DNA of 64,000 bases from Eggerthellaceae bacterium (GTDB lineage Bacteria > Actinomycetota > Coriobacteriia > Coriobacteriales > Eggerthellaceae). The stretch covers positions 55,990 to 119,989 of the forward strand of contig JAXJZF010000007.1 in assembly GCA_036306585.1 (NCBI GenBank). The letters are read 5' to 3'. The notes below the pieces were generated by a model that was not told the DNA's origin, did no database searches, and worked only from the letters and a program-made list of their open reading frames with translations. Shown in pieces: positions 1 to 9,635 of the stretch. Every line of letters starts with the position of its first letter. Within the stretch, counting starts at the first letter, position 1. A program made the translations under genes and the position numbers.

Positions 1-583
1 ACCCGCAGCAGCTGTCGATCATGGTCAGGCTGCCCTCGGCGTACCCGTCCATGGCCTGGAAGATCTCGCGCGTGAGCTCGGGACCGTAGGCGGCAAGCGA
101 GCATCCGGGGAAGAACGCCGTGCGCAGCCCCGTCTGCGCCTCATGGCCTTCGTAGGCTTTATGGCGCGTGAGATCGACGTAACCGATGCCGTAGATGGCG
201 CGGTAGGCCTTGAAGATGTCCCACTCCTCGTCCACCAGCACGCTCGACCACGCCTCGCGCTCGATGAGCCCCAAGTTCTGGAAGTCGACGCGCGCACTGT
301 AAATGAGATCGCACACATCGTTGTGGGCGAAGCAGGTGTTCTTGCACGAGGTGCAGAAGAAGCATCCACGCACCGCCTGGACCAGATCGGCGTTGGCGGC
401 GATGCTGCGCGCCAGCTCCTCTTTCGAGGACGCATTGCGCTGCGCATCCAGCATCGCCTTGGCGATCTGCCCCAGCGACATCCCCGCCTTCGTGAGCGAT
501 TCGCACGCCCCCGTGCAATGGCCGCACTGGGTGCAGGTTCCTGCAAAGCGCCAATAGGCATCAGCGCGTTCAAGCAAAGCCAT
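1..583 (-). CDS. (Fe-S)-binding oxidoreductase, HdrD/GlpC-like (N-terminal part; 3' end runs off the window)
   Basis: Absent from the ORF track because it has no stop in the window. My translation from the ATG at 583-581 gives MALLERADAYWRFAGTCTQCGHCTGACE...CFFCTSCKNTC...FFPGCSL...DSCCG. That is two CX2CX2CX3C ferredoxin motifs followed by a CCG-type Cys-rich region. Track ORFs 25..573(-) and 143..598(+) are Arg-rich shadow frames. Confidence 0.7.
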   Translation of the reverse strand, partial: MALLERADAYWRFAGTCTQCGHCTGACESLTKAGMSLGQIAKAMLDAQRNASSKEELARSIAANADLVQAVRGCFFCTSCKNTCFAHNDVCDLIYSARVDFQNLGLIEREAWSSVLVDEEWDIFKAYRAIYGIGYVDLTRHKAYEGHEAQTGLRTAFFPGCSLAAYGPELTREIFQAMDGYAEGSLTMIDSCCG

Positions 584-717
584 TTCGAAGCCCCCTAGAA
601 TCTCGGCGCCGCGTCCGCCGTGCCGGACCGGATACGGCAATCGCGCAAAGCACCACCGGTCGGCGGCGCCGCTATATCATCCATAGCGTAGTTTAGCGAA
701 AACGACGCCGCGCGGCG

Positions 718-1413
718 CTAGAACCATTCCTTCTTGCCCACCACATACGCCGCATCGAATTCGCTCTGGGATTTGGAGAGGTAGATGATCCCCTCGATCA
801 CGGTGATGACGAACATGGTCCCAGCGGCCAAGCCGATGGTGAAGATGCTGCCCAAAATGGTGATGGCCAAGATGATGAAGCCGGAGGTGTTGTAGCCCAG
901 ATAGAACTTATGCACGCCGAACACGCCCAGGAAGATGGCGAGCAAACCGGCCGCCACATGGTCTTTCGTCACCACCGGCACGCCATATGGGGCCGACGCA
1001 TACGAAACCGGCGTATACGGCTGCCGGGGCGCCGTGTAGGTTTGCCCGGGGTGCGGGGGCTGCCAACCTGCACCGGACGGCTGGCCCGCATAGGCGCCGT
1101 GCGGTTGCTGCGGGGGGATGCCGGCGCCAGGCGATTGCGGAGCAGCACCGGACGACACCGGGGGAAACGGCTCCCGGCGCTGCGCTTCGTCCGGCGCCTG
1201 CCACCGCCACGCCTCGCCGCCCTGCCCGGTCGCGGGCGCCTGCCCCTGCTGCATCTGGCGCACGTAGGCAGGCGGCATCTCGGGCGAGCCCGCGGGGCGC
1301 TCGAAGCTTTGGCCGGCTCCCTGGCCTTCGCCGCCTACGCTGTCGTGCCCGGCCTCGGGGTTAGCGCCCGGTACGCCGCCGTCTTTCATCGGCGTGGTGT
1401 TCAGCTCGTCCAT
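718..1413 (-). CDS. TM2 domain-containing membrane protein with Pro/Gln/Gly-rich N-terminal region
   Basis: C-terminus LLAIFLGVFGVHKFYLGY... matches the TM2 domain signature. Start moved to MDELN (ATG 1413) behind a GGAGAGG RBS, 19 nt after the upstream gene's stop. Confidence 0.7.
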   Translation of the reverse strand: MDELNTTPMKDGGVPGANPEAGHDSVGGEGQGAGQSFERPAGSPEMPPAYVRQMQQGQAPATGQGGEAWRWQAPDEAQRREPFPPVSSGAAPQSPGAGIPPQQPHGAYAGQPSGAGWQPPHPGQTYTAPRQPYTPVSYASAPYGVPVVTKDHVAAGLLAIFLGVFGVHKFYLGYNTSGFIILAITILGSIFTIGLAAGTMFVITVIEGIIYLSKSQSEFDAAYVVGKKEWF

Positions 1414-1432
1414 AGCCTCTCCGATCTTCGCC

Positions 1433-2263
1433 CTATTCGCCCTTGCCCGGCTTGTGGCGATGCTGCGAGAAAAAGTCCATGATGCGGTCACGCAGCAGGA
1501 TGCCGACGACGGCGATGGCGGCGAGCGCCACGAAGATGATGACGCTCTCGGTCACGCGGCCGTCCGCCAGACCGTCCGCCGCATAGGTGGAAACCACGAT
1601 CCCGGGAATGCGGCCGAGGTTCGACAGAATCAAGAACGTGCGCATGGGCATGTCGGTCAGTGGGACCAGATAGGTGAACACGTCCTTGGGCAGGCCAGGG
1701 ATGAGGAACAGGATGAACACGATGACGTTGAGCTTGCCCGACTCCTCGAACGCACGGAACTTGCCCAGGTACTTCTCGGGCACCATCTTCTGGACGAACG
1801 GCGCACCGAGGCGCTTCACCACCACGTACACGAACGCGCTCGACAGGACGCATCCCACCAGGATGACCAACGCCCCCACCCAAGGCCCGTACAGCAGGCC
1901 CGCCGCCATCTGGGTGACCTCGCCGGGAATGAACGCCACGACGATCTGCAGGAACTGCAATCCCAGCAGAATGACGAAACCCACCGGACCGGCGGCGCGC
2001 ACATCCTCGATGACGCGGTCGAGGCCGCCCGGTTCGAACAGCTCGTGGAAATACGGCCAGAGCAGGTACACTAGCAGCGCCATGATGACCAGGAACGCCA
2101 GCAACCCGACGAATCTGAAGATGCCGCCCATCTCCATGGGATGCCCATGCACCGTGGTGGGGCGCTGCGCCTTCTCGTGGAGCTGCTCGCTGCGCTCATG
2201 GACGCGCTCGCGCAGCGTTTCCGACTCGTGACGATCGCCCTGCTTGTGGCTACTCGTCGCCAT
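1433..2263 (-). CDS. TVP38/TMEM64 (DedA superfamily, SNARE-associated) membrane protein
   Basis: Polytopic protein with LQIVVAFIPGEVTQMAAGLLYG and LIPGLPKDVFTYL motifs. Start taken at MATSSHKQ (2263), because the longer track ORF overlaps the upstream gene in an Arg-rich frame. Confidence 0.75.
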   Translation of the reverse strand: MATSSHKQGDRHESETLRERVHERSEQLHEKAQRPTTVHGHPMEMGGIFRFVGLLAFLVIMALLVYLLWPYFHELFEPGGLDRVIEDVRAAGPVGFVILLGLQFLQIVVAFIPGEVTQMAAGLLYGPWVGALVILVGCVLSSAFVYVVVKRLGAPFVQKMVPEKYLGKFRAFEESGKLNVIVFILFLIPGLPKDVFTYLVPLTDMPMRTFLILSNLGRIPGIVVSTYAADGLADGRVTESVIIFVALAAIAVVGILLRDRIMDFFSQHRHKPGKGE

Positions 2264-3167
2264 GGCGCGCCTTGTCGTATTCCTCTTTGAAAGAGGAGAA
2301 CATGCTCTTCTTCGTAGCGGGCTGCGCCTTCTTGGAAACCGCCCGGGCGGGCTCGGATCCCGCCGCCTTCCCCGATGAGCCCACGGCCTTCCGATATTCG
2401 TCCTTGAACCCGGAGAAGGCGTCTTTAGTCTCCTCGGCGCGTTTGCCCACAGCGCGAACGCCCTGCCCAACGGCCTTGGTGGTCTTCTTTGCGGCGTTGG
2501 AAACCGCGGGCTTCACCGTGGTGTTCATCTTGTTGACCGCAACCGCGGTGGCCGCGCCCGCCTTCTCGGCGACGCTGCCCTCCGCGAGGATATCCTTCGC
2601 GGCATCGGACACCAGGATGGCGCCGAGCTCGACCTCGTCCTCTTCCTGCTCGGCACCGTCGCTGCCGGTCGACAGCGCAACGCCGATGCCGCGGCGGAAA
2701 CCCTTTATGAGCGATGCGGGAATGATGCGCTTGCCCAGAAGCGTGTTGGCGGTGGCACCTGCATCGGCGAGCACCGTGGAGATAACGCCCGTATCGCGAT
2801 CGAAGGCGACAGTGCCGACCATGCCCAGCATATCGCCCGATTCGGTGATGAGGGGAAGCCCCTCCCACATGACGCAGGAATCGTAGTCGATACCCAGGGC
2901 CTTGCAGGCCCCCTTGTCGGTGGCGTCGGCTGCCTGCCGCACGACCACGCGCCCATCTACCATGTCGAAGCCGCCGAGCTGGACGAACAAGTCTTTGCGG
3001 TGGAACATCAGCGCCAGATCGGGCCGCTTCACGATAAAGCCCACCACGCGGCGCTCGCGCGGATGGAACACAAGGCGCCGCACTTTGCCGATATGCGAGG
3101 TGCCCTTTTTGCCACCGAGCACACGCAGGCCGCGCAAATCGTTATTGGTTATGAGATTGCCCGCCAT
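2250..3167 (-). CDS. PRC-barrel domain protein (two barrels) with Lys/Ala-rich C-terminal tail
   Basis: Two repeats of the type L.G..V....G..IG.V....F in the first ~170 aa, then a low-complexity K/A/S tail. Overlaps the next gene by 14 nt. Confidence 0.6.
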   Translation of the reverse strand: MAGNLITNNDLRGLRVLGGKKGTSHIGKVRRLVFHPRERRVVGFIVKRPDLALMFHRKDLFVQLGGFDMVDGRVVVRQAADATDKGACKALGIDYDSCVMWEGLPLITESGDMLGMVGTVAFDRDTGVISTVLADAGATANTLLGKRIIPASLIKGFRRGIGVALSTGSDGAEQEEDEVELGAILVSDAAKDILAEGSVAEKAGAATAVAVNKMNTTVKPAVSNAAKKTTKAVGQGVRAVGKRAEETKDAFSGFKDEYRKAVGSSGKAAGSEPARAVSKKAQPATKKSMFSSFKEEYDKARHGDE

Positions 3168-3281
3168 GCCGCTGAGCTGTTCCTTTCAGCAGGGGGCCGG
3201 GAACCCCGAACCCCGGTTGAGCAGCGCGCTTCGCCCGGCGGCTGAACCCGCCTGACGAAAACGCTTCGGTTATAAGAAAGC

Positions 3282-3773
3282 TTAGATGCCCTGCGGGGCC
3301 TGGCCCTCTTCCGGCTGCGCCGGCCGGGCCTCCGCCTCGACGACCGGAGCGGCTTCGGCTTTCACTTCGGACGCACCCGCAGCCGCAGCGTCCTCGGCAT
3401 TGCGCGCCACCTGGGCGGCGATGCGCTGACGAGCCGCTTCGATCTTCTCGCGCAGTTGATCGTTCTTGTCGGTGATGACCGGCTTCACCACGCCGGCGGC
3501 GTCCTGGACGCGCGCCTGCGCCTGGCCGTAGATCTCCTGGCCGCGAGCGGCGACATCCTGCGCCACCGACTGTCCGCGCTCGACCGCAGTCTGATAGGCC
3601 TGCTGGGCGTTAACCTGGGCACGAGCGCCGAAATCCTGGGCGCCGCCCCAAGCAGCCCCCATGCGATCGGAAACCATCGCGCGCGTCTCCACGCCTGCAC
3701 GGGGGGCGTACAGCAGCGCAACCGCAGCTCCCACCAAACCGCCGACGATGAAAGCTCCCAGTTTGTTGCTCAT
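3282..3773 (-). CDS. YtxH domain-containing protein (general-stress-type, single N-terminal TM helix)
   Basis: MSNKLGAFIVGGLVGAAVALLYAPRAG... is the classic YtxH N-terminus, followed by an Ala/Gln-rich helical rest. GGAGAA RBS before the ATG at 3773. Confidence 0.75.
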   Translation of the reverse strand: MSNKLGAFIVGGLVGAAVALLYAPRAGVETRAMVSDRMGAAWGGAQDFGARAQVNAQQAYQTAVERGQSVAQDVAARGQEIYGQAQARVQDAAGVVKPVITDKNDQLREKIEAARQRIAAQVARNAEDAAAAGASEVKAEAAPVVEAEARPAQPEEGQAPQGI

Positions 3774-4027
3774 GTTGGTTCTCCATTCCGGGCGCGCTCC
3801 ACGGCGCCCACTGACATGCAACCATTATAGGCGCGCGCCCAGCCTCCCAACCCGAAAACACACCCGCTTTAGAAAACGGTTGCCATTCCGTAGAAAACCC
3901 CGCGAAGACAGAGTGGAAGCCCCCTCGACGCGCGGCGAGAAGAGCGCGCAGATGCAGCGCCTCGGGCCTTCTCGTAATCGAGCGGCTCCGGCGGTCGGCA
4001 GGCCGCCGGAGCCCTGCCAGGCAAGTC

Positions 4028-5035
4028 CTACCAGACAGGCGGATGCTCGAGCGCCGCGTGGACCAGCTCGTCTAGGACCCTTGACAAGGTGAGTCCGGCG
4101 CCGGCGCAGGCGGCGGGGAACATGGAGTACTCGGTCATGCCGGGGGACACGTCCATCTCGAGCACACGTGCCTGAGCGCCGTCCCAGATGAGATCGACGC
4201 GGCCGAAGTCGCGCACGTTGTAGGCGCGGTACACCTCGAGCGCGGCGCGCTCGATCTCGGCGCGGATTGCCTGCGCTTCGGCAGGATCGGTGGAAAGCGA
4301 TTCGGGCCGCACGGGGCAGTGGAAGTCGACCGCGCCGGCCGTCATGCGGGCGGCGGTGTCGTAGAGCCCCTGGCGCGGGACGATCTCCACCGGGGGCAAC
4401 GCGTAGGCGTCCCAACCGGTTCCCAGGATGGAAACGCCCATCTCGACGCCTTCCACCCACTGCTCGATGACCACGGCGCCGTCGTAGGACAGCGCGTCGA
4501 GCACAGCCTCGCCCAACTCATCGATGCTGTCGACGCGATGCACGCCCATGGCCGAGCCGCCGTGCGCGGGCTTCACCGCAACGGGGTAGCCGCCGATGAC
4601 GCGGTCCTCAACCATGTCGAGAGCCGTCGCCGCGCCCATGCTCTTGAACGCGTCGCGGGCGATGTAGAGGCCCTGGGGCCACGAGGCGATGGGATCCTCA
4701 CCGGTGATGTTGCGATAGGCCGCCAGCTCGTAATGCAGCGAGTCTTTATTCCATGCGCGCTGGCACACCGAAGCCGACGATCCCACGAACGGGATGTCCA
4801 GAAACTCAAGCAAGCTCTGCAGCGTGCCGTCTTCGCCGTGCTTGCCGTGCACTGCGATGTAACAGACGTCGGGGCGCTCGCTGCGCAACGTGGGAACCAG
4901 CTCTTTGGTGGTGTCCAGCGGCACCACCTTGTGTCCCGCCTCCTCGAGGGCGTCGCACACCGCCTTGCCGCTTTTCAGCGAGAACTCGCGCTCGAAGGAG
5001 GTGCCTCCCATCAACACCGCTACTTTCAATCCCAT
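4028..5035 (-). CDS. ddl: D-alanine--D-alanine ligase
   Basis: MGLKVAVLMGGTSFEREFSLKSG...YIAVHGKHGEDGTLQSLLE...ATP-grasp C-terminal half. GGAGGAGG RBS. Confidence 0.93.
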   Translation of the reverse strand: MGLKVAVLMGGTSFEREFSLKSGKAVCDALEEAGHKVVPLDTTKELVPTLRSERPDVCYIAVHGKHGEDGTLQSLLEFLDIPFVGSSASVCQRAWNKDSLHYELAAYRNITGEDPIASWPQGLYIARDAFKSMGAATALDMVEDRVIGGYPVAVKPAHGGSAMGVHRVDSIDELGEAVLDALSYDGAVVIEQWVEGVEMGVSILGTGWDAYALPPVEIVPRQGLYDTAARMTAGAVDFHCPVRPESLSTDPAEAQAIRAEIERAALEVYRAYNVRDFGRVDLIWDGAQARVLEMDVSPGMTEYSMFPAACAGAGLTLSRVLDELVHAALEHPPVW

Positions 5036-5049
5036 GTTCGTTCCTCCTC

Positions 5050-6336
5050 CTATTCCGACTTGCGGGTCGGTGCGGTTTCCTTAATAGCGCCCGCGTCGAT
5101 GAACGCCCGGTACAGCTCCAGGCGATCTTCGATGACGCCCGCCAAACGACGGATGGCCTCTTCTATGTTCTCGGGCGTTTCGTAGCTGAAATTGATGCGC
5201 ATGCAGTTCTTGCCCAGCTTGCCACCGGGGAAGAACGAGTCGCCCGGCACGTAGGTCACGCCCGCATCCAGCGCCTCCGCCAGCATCGAACCGGTGTCGA
5301 CGTACTCCGGCAGCGTCACCCACACGAAGAAACCGCCTTCGGGGTGCGTCCACGTGGCTTCGGGCGGGAAATGCTCCTCAAGCGCCGACAGCATGGCGTC
5401 GCGACGCGTCTTGTACGTCTTCACGAACTTCTGCAGCGTGCGCTGCCAGGGAGTGTCGGTGAAATAGTGCTCGACGATCAGCTGGTCAAGCGAGCTTCCG
5501 CACAGGTCGGAACCCTGCTTCACCAGGTTGATCTTGGCGATGGTGGAGCGCGGTGCCGCCACCCAGCCGCAACGCAGCCCCGCCGCGAAGATCTTCGACA
5601 TGGTGCCCAGGTAGATAACGCGGTCGTCCATGGCCTTCAGCGGAATCTGGTGCCCGCCGTCGTAGCGCAGGCGGCCGTACGGGTCGTCCTCCACCACCAG
5701 GAAATTGTACTCGTGGGACAGCTCCAGCAGGCGCTTGCGGCGATCGGGCGACATGGTGACCCCGCCCGGGTTCTGGAAGTTGGGGATGGTGTAGCAGAAC
5801 TTCAGGCGCGGGTTGTCCTTGCCGATGCGCTCGAGTTCCTCCTCCAGCACGTCCATGCGCATACCTTCGTCGTCGAAGGGGATGGTGTGCACCTCGGGCT
5901 CGTAGGTGGAGAACGCTTGCAGCGCCGTGAGGTAGGTGGGGCCTTCCGTCAAGATGATGTCACCCGGGTCGATGAACACCTTGCCCAGTAGGTCGAGCGC
6001 CTCCTGCGCGCCGCTGGTGATCATGATCTGCTCGGGCTTCACACGCACGCCGATGTCGCGCATGAGGCTGCAGATGACCTTCTTGGTGCCCAAGCGACCA
6101 TCGGTGCTCCCGTACTGCAGTGCGCCGTTGCGATCGCTTTCGAGCGCGTTGCGGGTGGCCTTGCGAATGGAGGTGATAGGCAAAAGCGACACGTCGGGCA
6201 TGCCGCCGGAAAGCGAGATGATATCGGGGCGCACTGCCGCCGAGAACAGGTCTCGCACCGGAGACGAGCGCATCTTCTCGATGCGATGCGCATGTTTGTC
6301 GTCGGATTTATCGAATGTGAGATGGGCTGATGTCAT
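5050..6336 (-). CDS. PLP-dependent aminotransferase, class I/II (LysN/ARO8-like)
   Basis: 428 aa with ...YGSTDG...ITSGAQEALDL...NPGG...YLGTMSKIFAAGLRCGW (PLP-lysine SK motif). Confidence 0.85.
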   Translation of the reverse strand: MTSAHLTFDKSDDKHAHRIEKMRSSPVRDLFSAAVRPDIISLSGGMPDVSLLPITSIRKATRNALESDRNGALQYGSTDGRLGTKKVICSLMRDIGVRVKPEQIMITSGAQEALDLLGKVFIDPGDIILTEGPTYLTALQAFSTYEPEVHTIPFDDEGMRMDVLEEELERIGKDNPRLKFCYTIPNFQNPGGVTMSPDRRKRLLELSHEYNFLVVEDDPYGRLRYDGGHQIPLKAMDDRVIYLGTMSKIFAAGLRCGWVAAPRSTIAKINLVKQGSDLCGSSLDQLIVEHYFTDTPWQRTLQKFVKTYKTRRDAMLSALEEHFPPEATWTHPEGGFFVWVTLPEYVDTGSMLAEALDAGVTYVPGDSFFPGGKLGKNCMRINFSYETPENIEEAIRRLAGVIEDRLELYRAFIDAGAIKETAPTRKSE

Positions 6337-6370
6337 ACTCGTCCTCGATCCCCTCGCTCGAACTATCCCG

Positions 6371-6775
6371 CTAGGGTAGCACTATCAACCCGTTCAGGGC
6401 TTTCACGGCATCTTGAAATGACCGCAACGCCATCAAATCGTCGGTGAAGCTCATCTGGATGCGCGCGGTGCCCTTTTGCTCGTCGATCCAGTCCGTGGTC
6501 CCCACGAACATCACATCGTCTCTTCCGCAACGGCGCGTCTGCAGATCGATGGCCAGATGCTCAAGCAGATGGGGCAGCGGCGTGCGATCCATCGCGTCGC
6601 CGAACAGCTGGCCGTTCTCGTTGACGCACGCATGCTGGGGAAGATGGGGAAAGCCCGACAGGAGAGCGCGGATGAGATCGGGCCAGGTATCGCGAGGCAC
6701 GCCGGGCGCCAAGTGGACCTCGCACACCAGACGGCCGGCGCCGACCGTCATCTTGTCGATGGAGACGGCATCCAC
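6371..6775 (-). CDS. Hypothetical protein, resembles the N-terminal domain of cyanophycin synthetase (stand-alone)
   Basis: 134 aa. The pattern FPHLPQHAC...F...PLPHLLEHLAIDLQ...FVGTT...ARIQMSF recalls the CphA N-domain (H..EH.A.ELQ). GTG start at 6775. High GC3. Confidence 0.5.
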   Translation of the reverse strand: MDAVSIDKMTVGAGRLVCEVHLAPGVPRDTWPDLIRALLSGFPHLPQHACVNENGQLFGDAMDRTPLPHLLEHLAIDLQTRRCGRDDVMFVGTTDWIDEQKGTARIQMSFTDDLMALRSFQDAVKALNGLIVLP

Positions 6776-6786
6776 CGCGACGCACG

Positions 6787-8097
6787 CTACCTGACGTCCT
6801 CGGGGCGCACAGCGTTCGCGCCGACCTCGCCCACGCTGCCGCTCTCCTCGAGGGCACCCTCGATGTCGAGTTGCTGCTGGCGCTGCTCCTCCTCCGCAGC
6901 CGCCTGCGCCTCGGCGGCGGCGGCCTCCTCCTCGGCGAGACGCTGAGCCTCCTCTTCGGCGGCGGCACGTTCCTCGGGGGACATCCTATCCAGCTTGAGC
7001 TGCTCGATCGCTTGGCGCTCCTCGTCGGTGAGGGCGTCTTCGCGCACCAGCACGACCGACCCGTCACCGAACGATGGGCTCGTCGCGCCGTTGCCCATGA
7101 TGGAGCTGCCGACATCAGCGAGCGTCCAGGCAAGATCGTCGAAGAAGTCGCCCACGGGCCCGTACACGCCATCCTGCAGCGCGACGCGCGTGCGATCGGA
7201 GGAGAAGCGATAGCGGGCATCGCCCGACAGATCGCCGTAGCTGAACGAAACGGTTTTCGCCATCGTGTCGAGAGAATAGCCGTAGGCGTCCTGGTCGGTG
7301 AGGTGGATGGAGCCCTCGTCGATGGTGATGGCATCGGTGCCGCCGACGACGATCCACCGGCCCTGCAGGTCGACCGCATCGTCGTAGCGCAGCCATCGGT
7401 TCCACGAGAGCGCCGCGATGCAGACGATTAAGATGACGACGACCGATAGGATGGCAATGAGCGCCGCCCTGAGCTTGCCGTGGTTTTCGGACTTCGCCTT
7501 CGAGGCGCGACGCGGGCGCCCTTTTCGCGGGGCATCGCCGTCGGCGATGTCTGGTGCGGGGGCTTCGCTTGCGGCATCGGGAGCATCGCTGCGGCCCTGC
7601 CCGGCAAACGCATCCGGCAATGCCGCATCCTGCTCGGTCGGATCGGGCGCTTTGGCGGCGGCATCCCGCTCGGGCGTTCCCGTCCGCCCCGCAGGCGCAT
7701 CGTCCAAGGCGCCCTGGGCGAGCGGCTGCCGAGCCTGCGCAGGCACGGTGCCGTCGGCGGGTGCGGGCACAGGCACGGCGCCGTCGGCGGGTGCGGATGC
7801 AGCCCCGTCGCTCCCCGACACCGCAGCCTCCTGCTCGCGCTCAGGTTGCGGCTTCTCCTTCGCGGCAGGGGCCTGCGCCCGCCCCTGCGCTTCAGGAACC
7901 GATGCTGCCGGCGCTCGATCCTGCCGACGGCCCTGCTGGCGATCCTGCTGGGATTCCGAGTGAACGCGCGCAACAGCGGCCTTGGCGGAATCGTCAAGGA
8001 GCGAGCCGCCTTCCTCCTGCAGTTGCGCGGCCTTCTGGGAAAGAGGGGCGGTGGCTTTGCGCGGACCGGCCTTACGCTTCCGGAGCAATGACCTCAA
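6787..8097 (-). CDS. Hypothetical membrane-anchored protein with Pro/Ala/Gln-rich disordered N-terminus
   Basis: High GC3 throughout, one TM helix ([22 protein letters not shown]), a folded middle part and an acidic coiled-coil tail. The TTG start at 8097 lies 26 nt inside serS. An alternative GTG at 7821 has an AGGAGG RBS. Confidence 0.6.
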   Translation of the reverse strand: MRSLLRKRKAGPRKATAPLSQKAAQLQEEGGSLLDDSAKAAVARVHSESQQDRQQGRRQDRAPAASVPEAQGRAQAPAAKEKPQPEREQEAAVSGSDGAASAPADGAVPVPAPADGTVPAQARQPLAQGALDDAPAGRTGTPERDAAAKAPDPTEQDAALPDAFAGQGRSDAPDAASEAPAPDIADGDAPRKGRPRRASKAKSENHGKLRAALIAILSVVVILIVCIAALSWNRWLRYDDAVDLQGRWIVVGGTDAITIDEGSIHLTDQDAYGYSLDTMAKTVSFSYGDLSGDARYRFSSDRTRVALQDGVYGPVGDFFDDLAWTLADVGSSIMGNGATSPSFGDGSVVLVREDALTDEERQAIEQLKLDRMSPEERAAAEEEAQRLAEEEAAAAEAQAAAEEEQRQQQLDIEGALEESGSVGEVGANAVRPEDVR

Positions 8098-9364
8098 CGC
8101 CGCCCATGTAGGGGATCAGCACATCGGGCACGCGAATGGTGCCGTCGGCCTGCTGGAAATTCTCCATGATGGCAGCCATGGTACGGCCGGCGGGCAGGCC
8201 GCTGCCGTTGAGCGTATGCAAAAAGCGCGTGCCCTTGAAGTTTGCCGGGTCGCGGTACTTGATATTGGCGCGGCGCGCCTGGAAATCGCCGCAGTTCGAG
8301 CACGACGAGATCTCCTTGTAGCCGTTGTAGCTGGGCAGCCATACCTCGATGTCGTAGGTCTGCTGCGCGGAAAAGCCCAGGTCGCCCGTGCACAACGAGA
8401 TGACGCGGTACGGAAGGCCCAGCTGCTGCAGCAGATACTCCGCCTCGGCGGTCATGCTCTCCAACTCGTCGTCGGACTGCTCAGGAGTGGCGAATTTCAC
8501 CATCTCGACCTTGTCGAACTCGTGCTGGCGGATGATACCGCGCGTGTCACGGCCCGCCGAACCGGCCTCCTCGCGGAAGCACGGGGTGAAGGCGGTGTAG
8601 CGCAGCGGCAGCTGCTCGGCGTCGAGCACCTCGCCGGCATGCAGGTTGGTGAGGGTCACCTCGGCGGTGGGGATGAGGAACATGTCGCCGCTCACGTGGT
8701 AGGCATCGTCCTCGAACTTGGGCAGCTGGCCGGTGCCGAACATGGTCTGGCGCTTCACCACCACTGGCGGCCACCATTCCTTGAACCCACGGGACGTGTG
8801 GGTGTCCACAAAGTAATTGATGAGAGCGCGCTCAAGACGCGCGCCCGCGCCCGCCAGCACGGTGAAGCGGCTGCCAGACAGTTTGTTGCCGCGCTCGAAG
8901 TCGAGGATTCCCAGCTCGGTGCCCAGGTCCCAGTGAGGCTTCGCCTCGAAGCCCTCGGCGGCGAAATCGCGCGGAGTGCCCCAGCGGCGGATCTCGGGGT
9001 TCTCGGTTTCGTCCTTGCCCACCGGAGTCTTGTCGTTGGGGATGTTGGGGGTATGCGCCAACAGGTCGTTGAGCTGGGTTTCCACCTCATCACGATGGGC
9101 ATCGAGCTCGGCGATCCGGTCGTTGATGGCACGCACTTTCTCCTTGGCGGCCTCGGCCTCGTCCTTCTTGCCCTCCGACATCATCTTGCCGATGGACTTG
9201 GACGCGGCGTTGCGTTCCTGTTGGAGCGCCTCCACCTGGACGATGGCGGTGCGGCGCTCCTCGTCGAGCTCCGAGAAGCGCGACGAGTCCCAAGAGGCGT
9301 TGCGATTCTTCATCGCCTGGGCGACTTCCTCCTGATGCTCGCGGACATAACGGATGTCTAGCAT
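8072..9364 (-). CDS. serS: Serine--tRNA ligase
   Basis: N-terminal coiled-coil arm [14 protein letters not shown]..., then class II motifs ...[21 protein letters not shown]...GSGLPAGRT. Confidence 0.95.
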   Translation of the reverse strand: MLDIRYVREHQEEVAQAMKNRNASWDSSRFSELDEERRTAIVQVEALQQERNAASKSIGKMMSEGKKDEAEAAKEKVRAINDRIAELDAHRDEVETQLNDLLAHTPNIPNDKTPVGKDETENPEIRRWGTPRDFAAEGFEAKPHWDLGTELGILDFERGNKLSGSRFTVLAGAGARLERALINYFVDTHTSRGFKEWWPPVVVKRQTMFGTGQLPKFEDDAYHVSGDMFLIPTAEVTLTNLHAGEVLDAEQLPLRYTAFTPCFREEAGSAGRDTRGIIRQHEFDKVEMVKFATPEQSDDELESMTAEAEYLLQQLGLPYRVISLCTGDLGFSAQQTYDIEVWLPSYNGYKEISSCSNCGDFQARRANIKYRDPANFKGTRFLHTLNGSGLPAGRTMAAIMENFQQADGTIRVPDVLIPYMGGVEVIAPEA

Positions 9365-9391
9365 GATCGCGCTCCTTCGTCGAATGGTTCG

Positions 9392-9413
9392 AAAAACCCG
9401 CCTCGATGGCGGG
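9392..9413 (-). promoter_or_regulatory. Terminator-like hairpin (CCCGCC-N5-GGCGGG + T5) inside the serS leader
   Basis: The minus strand reads TATACT (9428-9423) - 9 nt - CCCGCCatcgaGGCGGGTTTTT - 19 nt - GAAGGAG RBS - ATG. Confidence 0.35.
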
Positions 9414-9635
9414 CGGTTTGTCAGTATAGCGCAGCGGAAACCCGCTATGGCGGTGGGCGGGCATTCCGCACGGCATCGCCACGACGGGCGCGCAGGCGCT
9501 CGGCAGCCGGCGCGGTTTCCCGTCCTCCGGCGTCGTTTCCGCCCTCGACGCCTCCGTCAGACGGACGGTTGGACTACCCTGATGCAAAACCGATCGGCAC
9601 GACAAAGCGGGGAAGCCCGCTCGACAAGGGGATCC

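Noticed and set aside
7739-7798. A 30-bp tandem direct repeat that could be mistaken for a repeat array.
   Set aside because: There are only two copies, in frame within a coding region (the PADGxVPVPA duplication). It has no spacer structure, so it is not a CRISPR or other array.
9365-9635. Possible T-box riboswitch upstream of serS (GGGAAACCGCG resembles part of the T-box sequence).
   Set aside because: The T-box-like string is imperfect and lies about 110 nt from the terminator hairpin, with a -10-like box in between. I could not identify a specifier loop/AGAGA context. An Infernal scan is needed to be certain.
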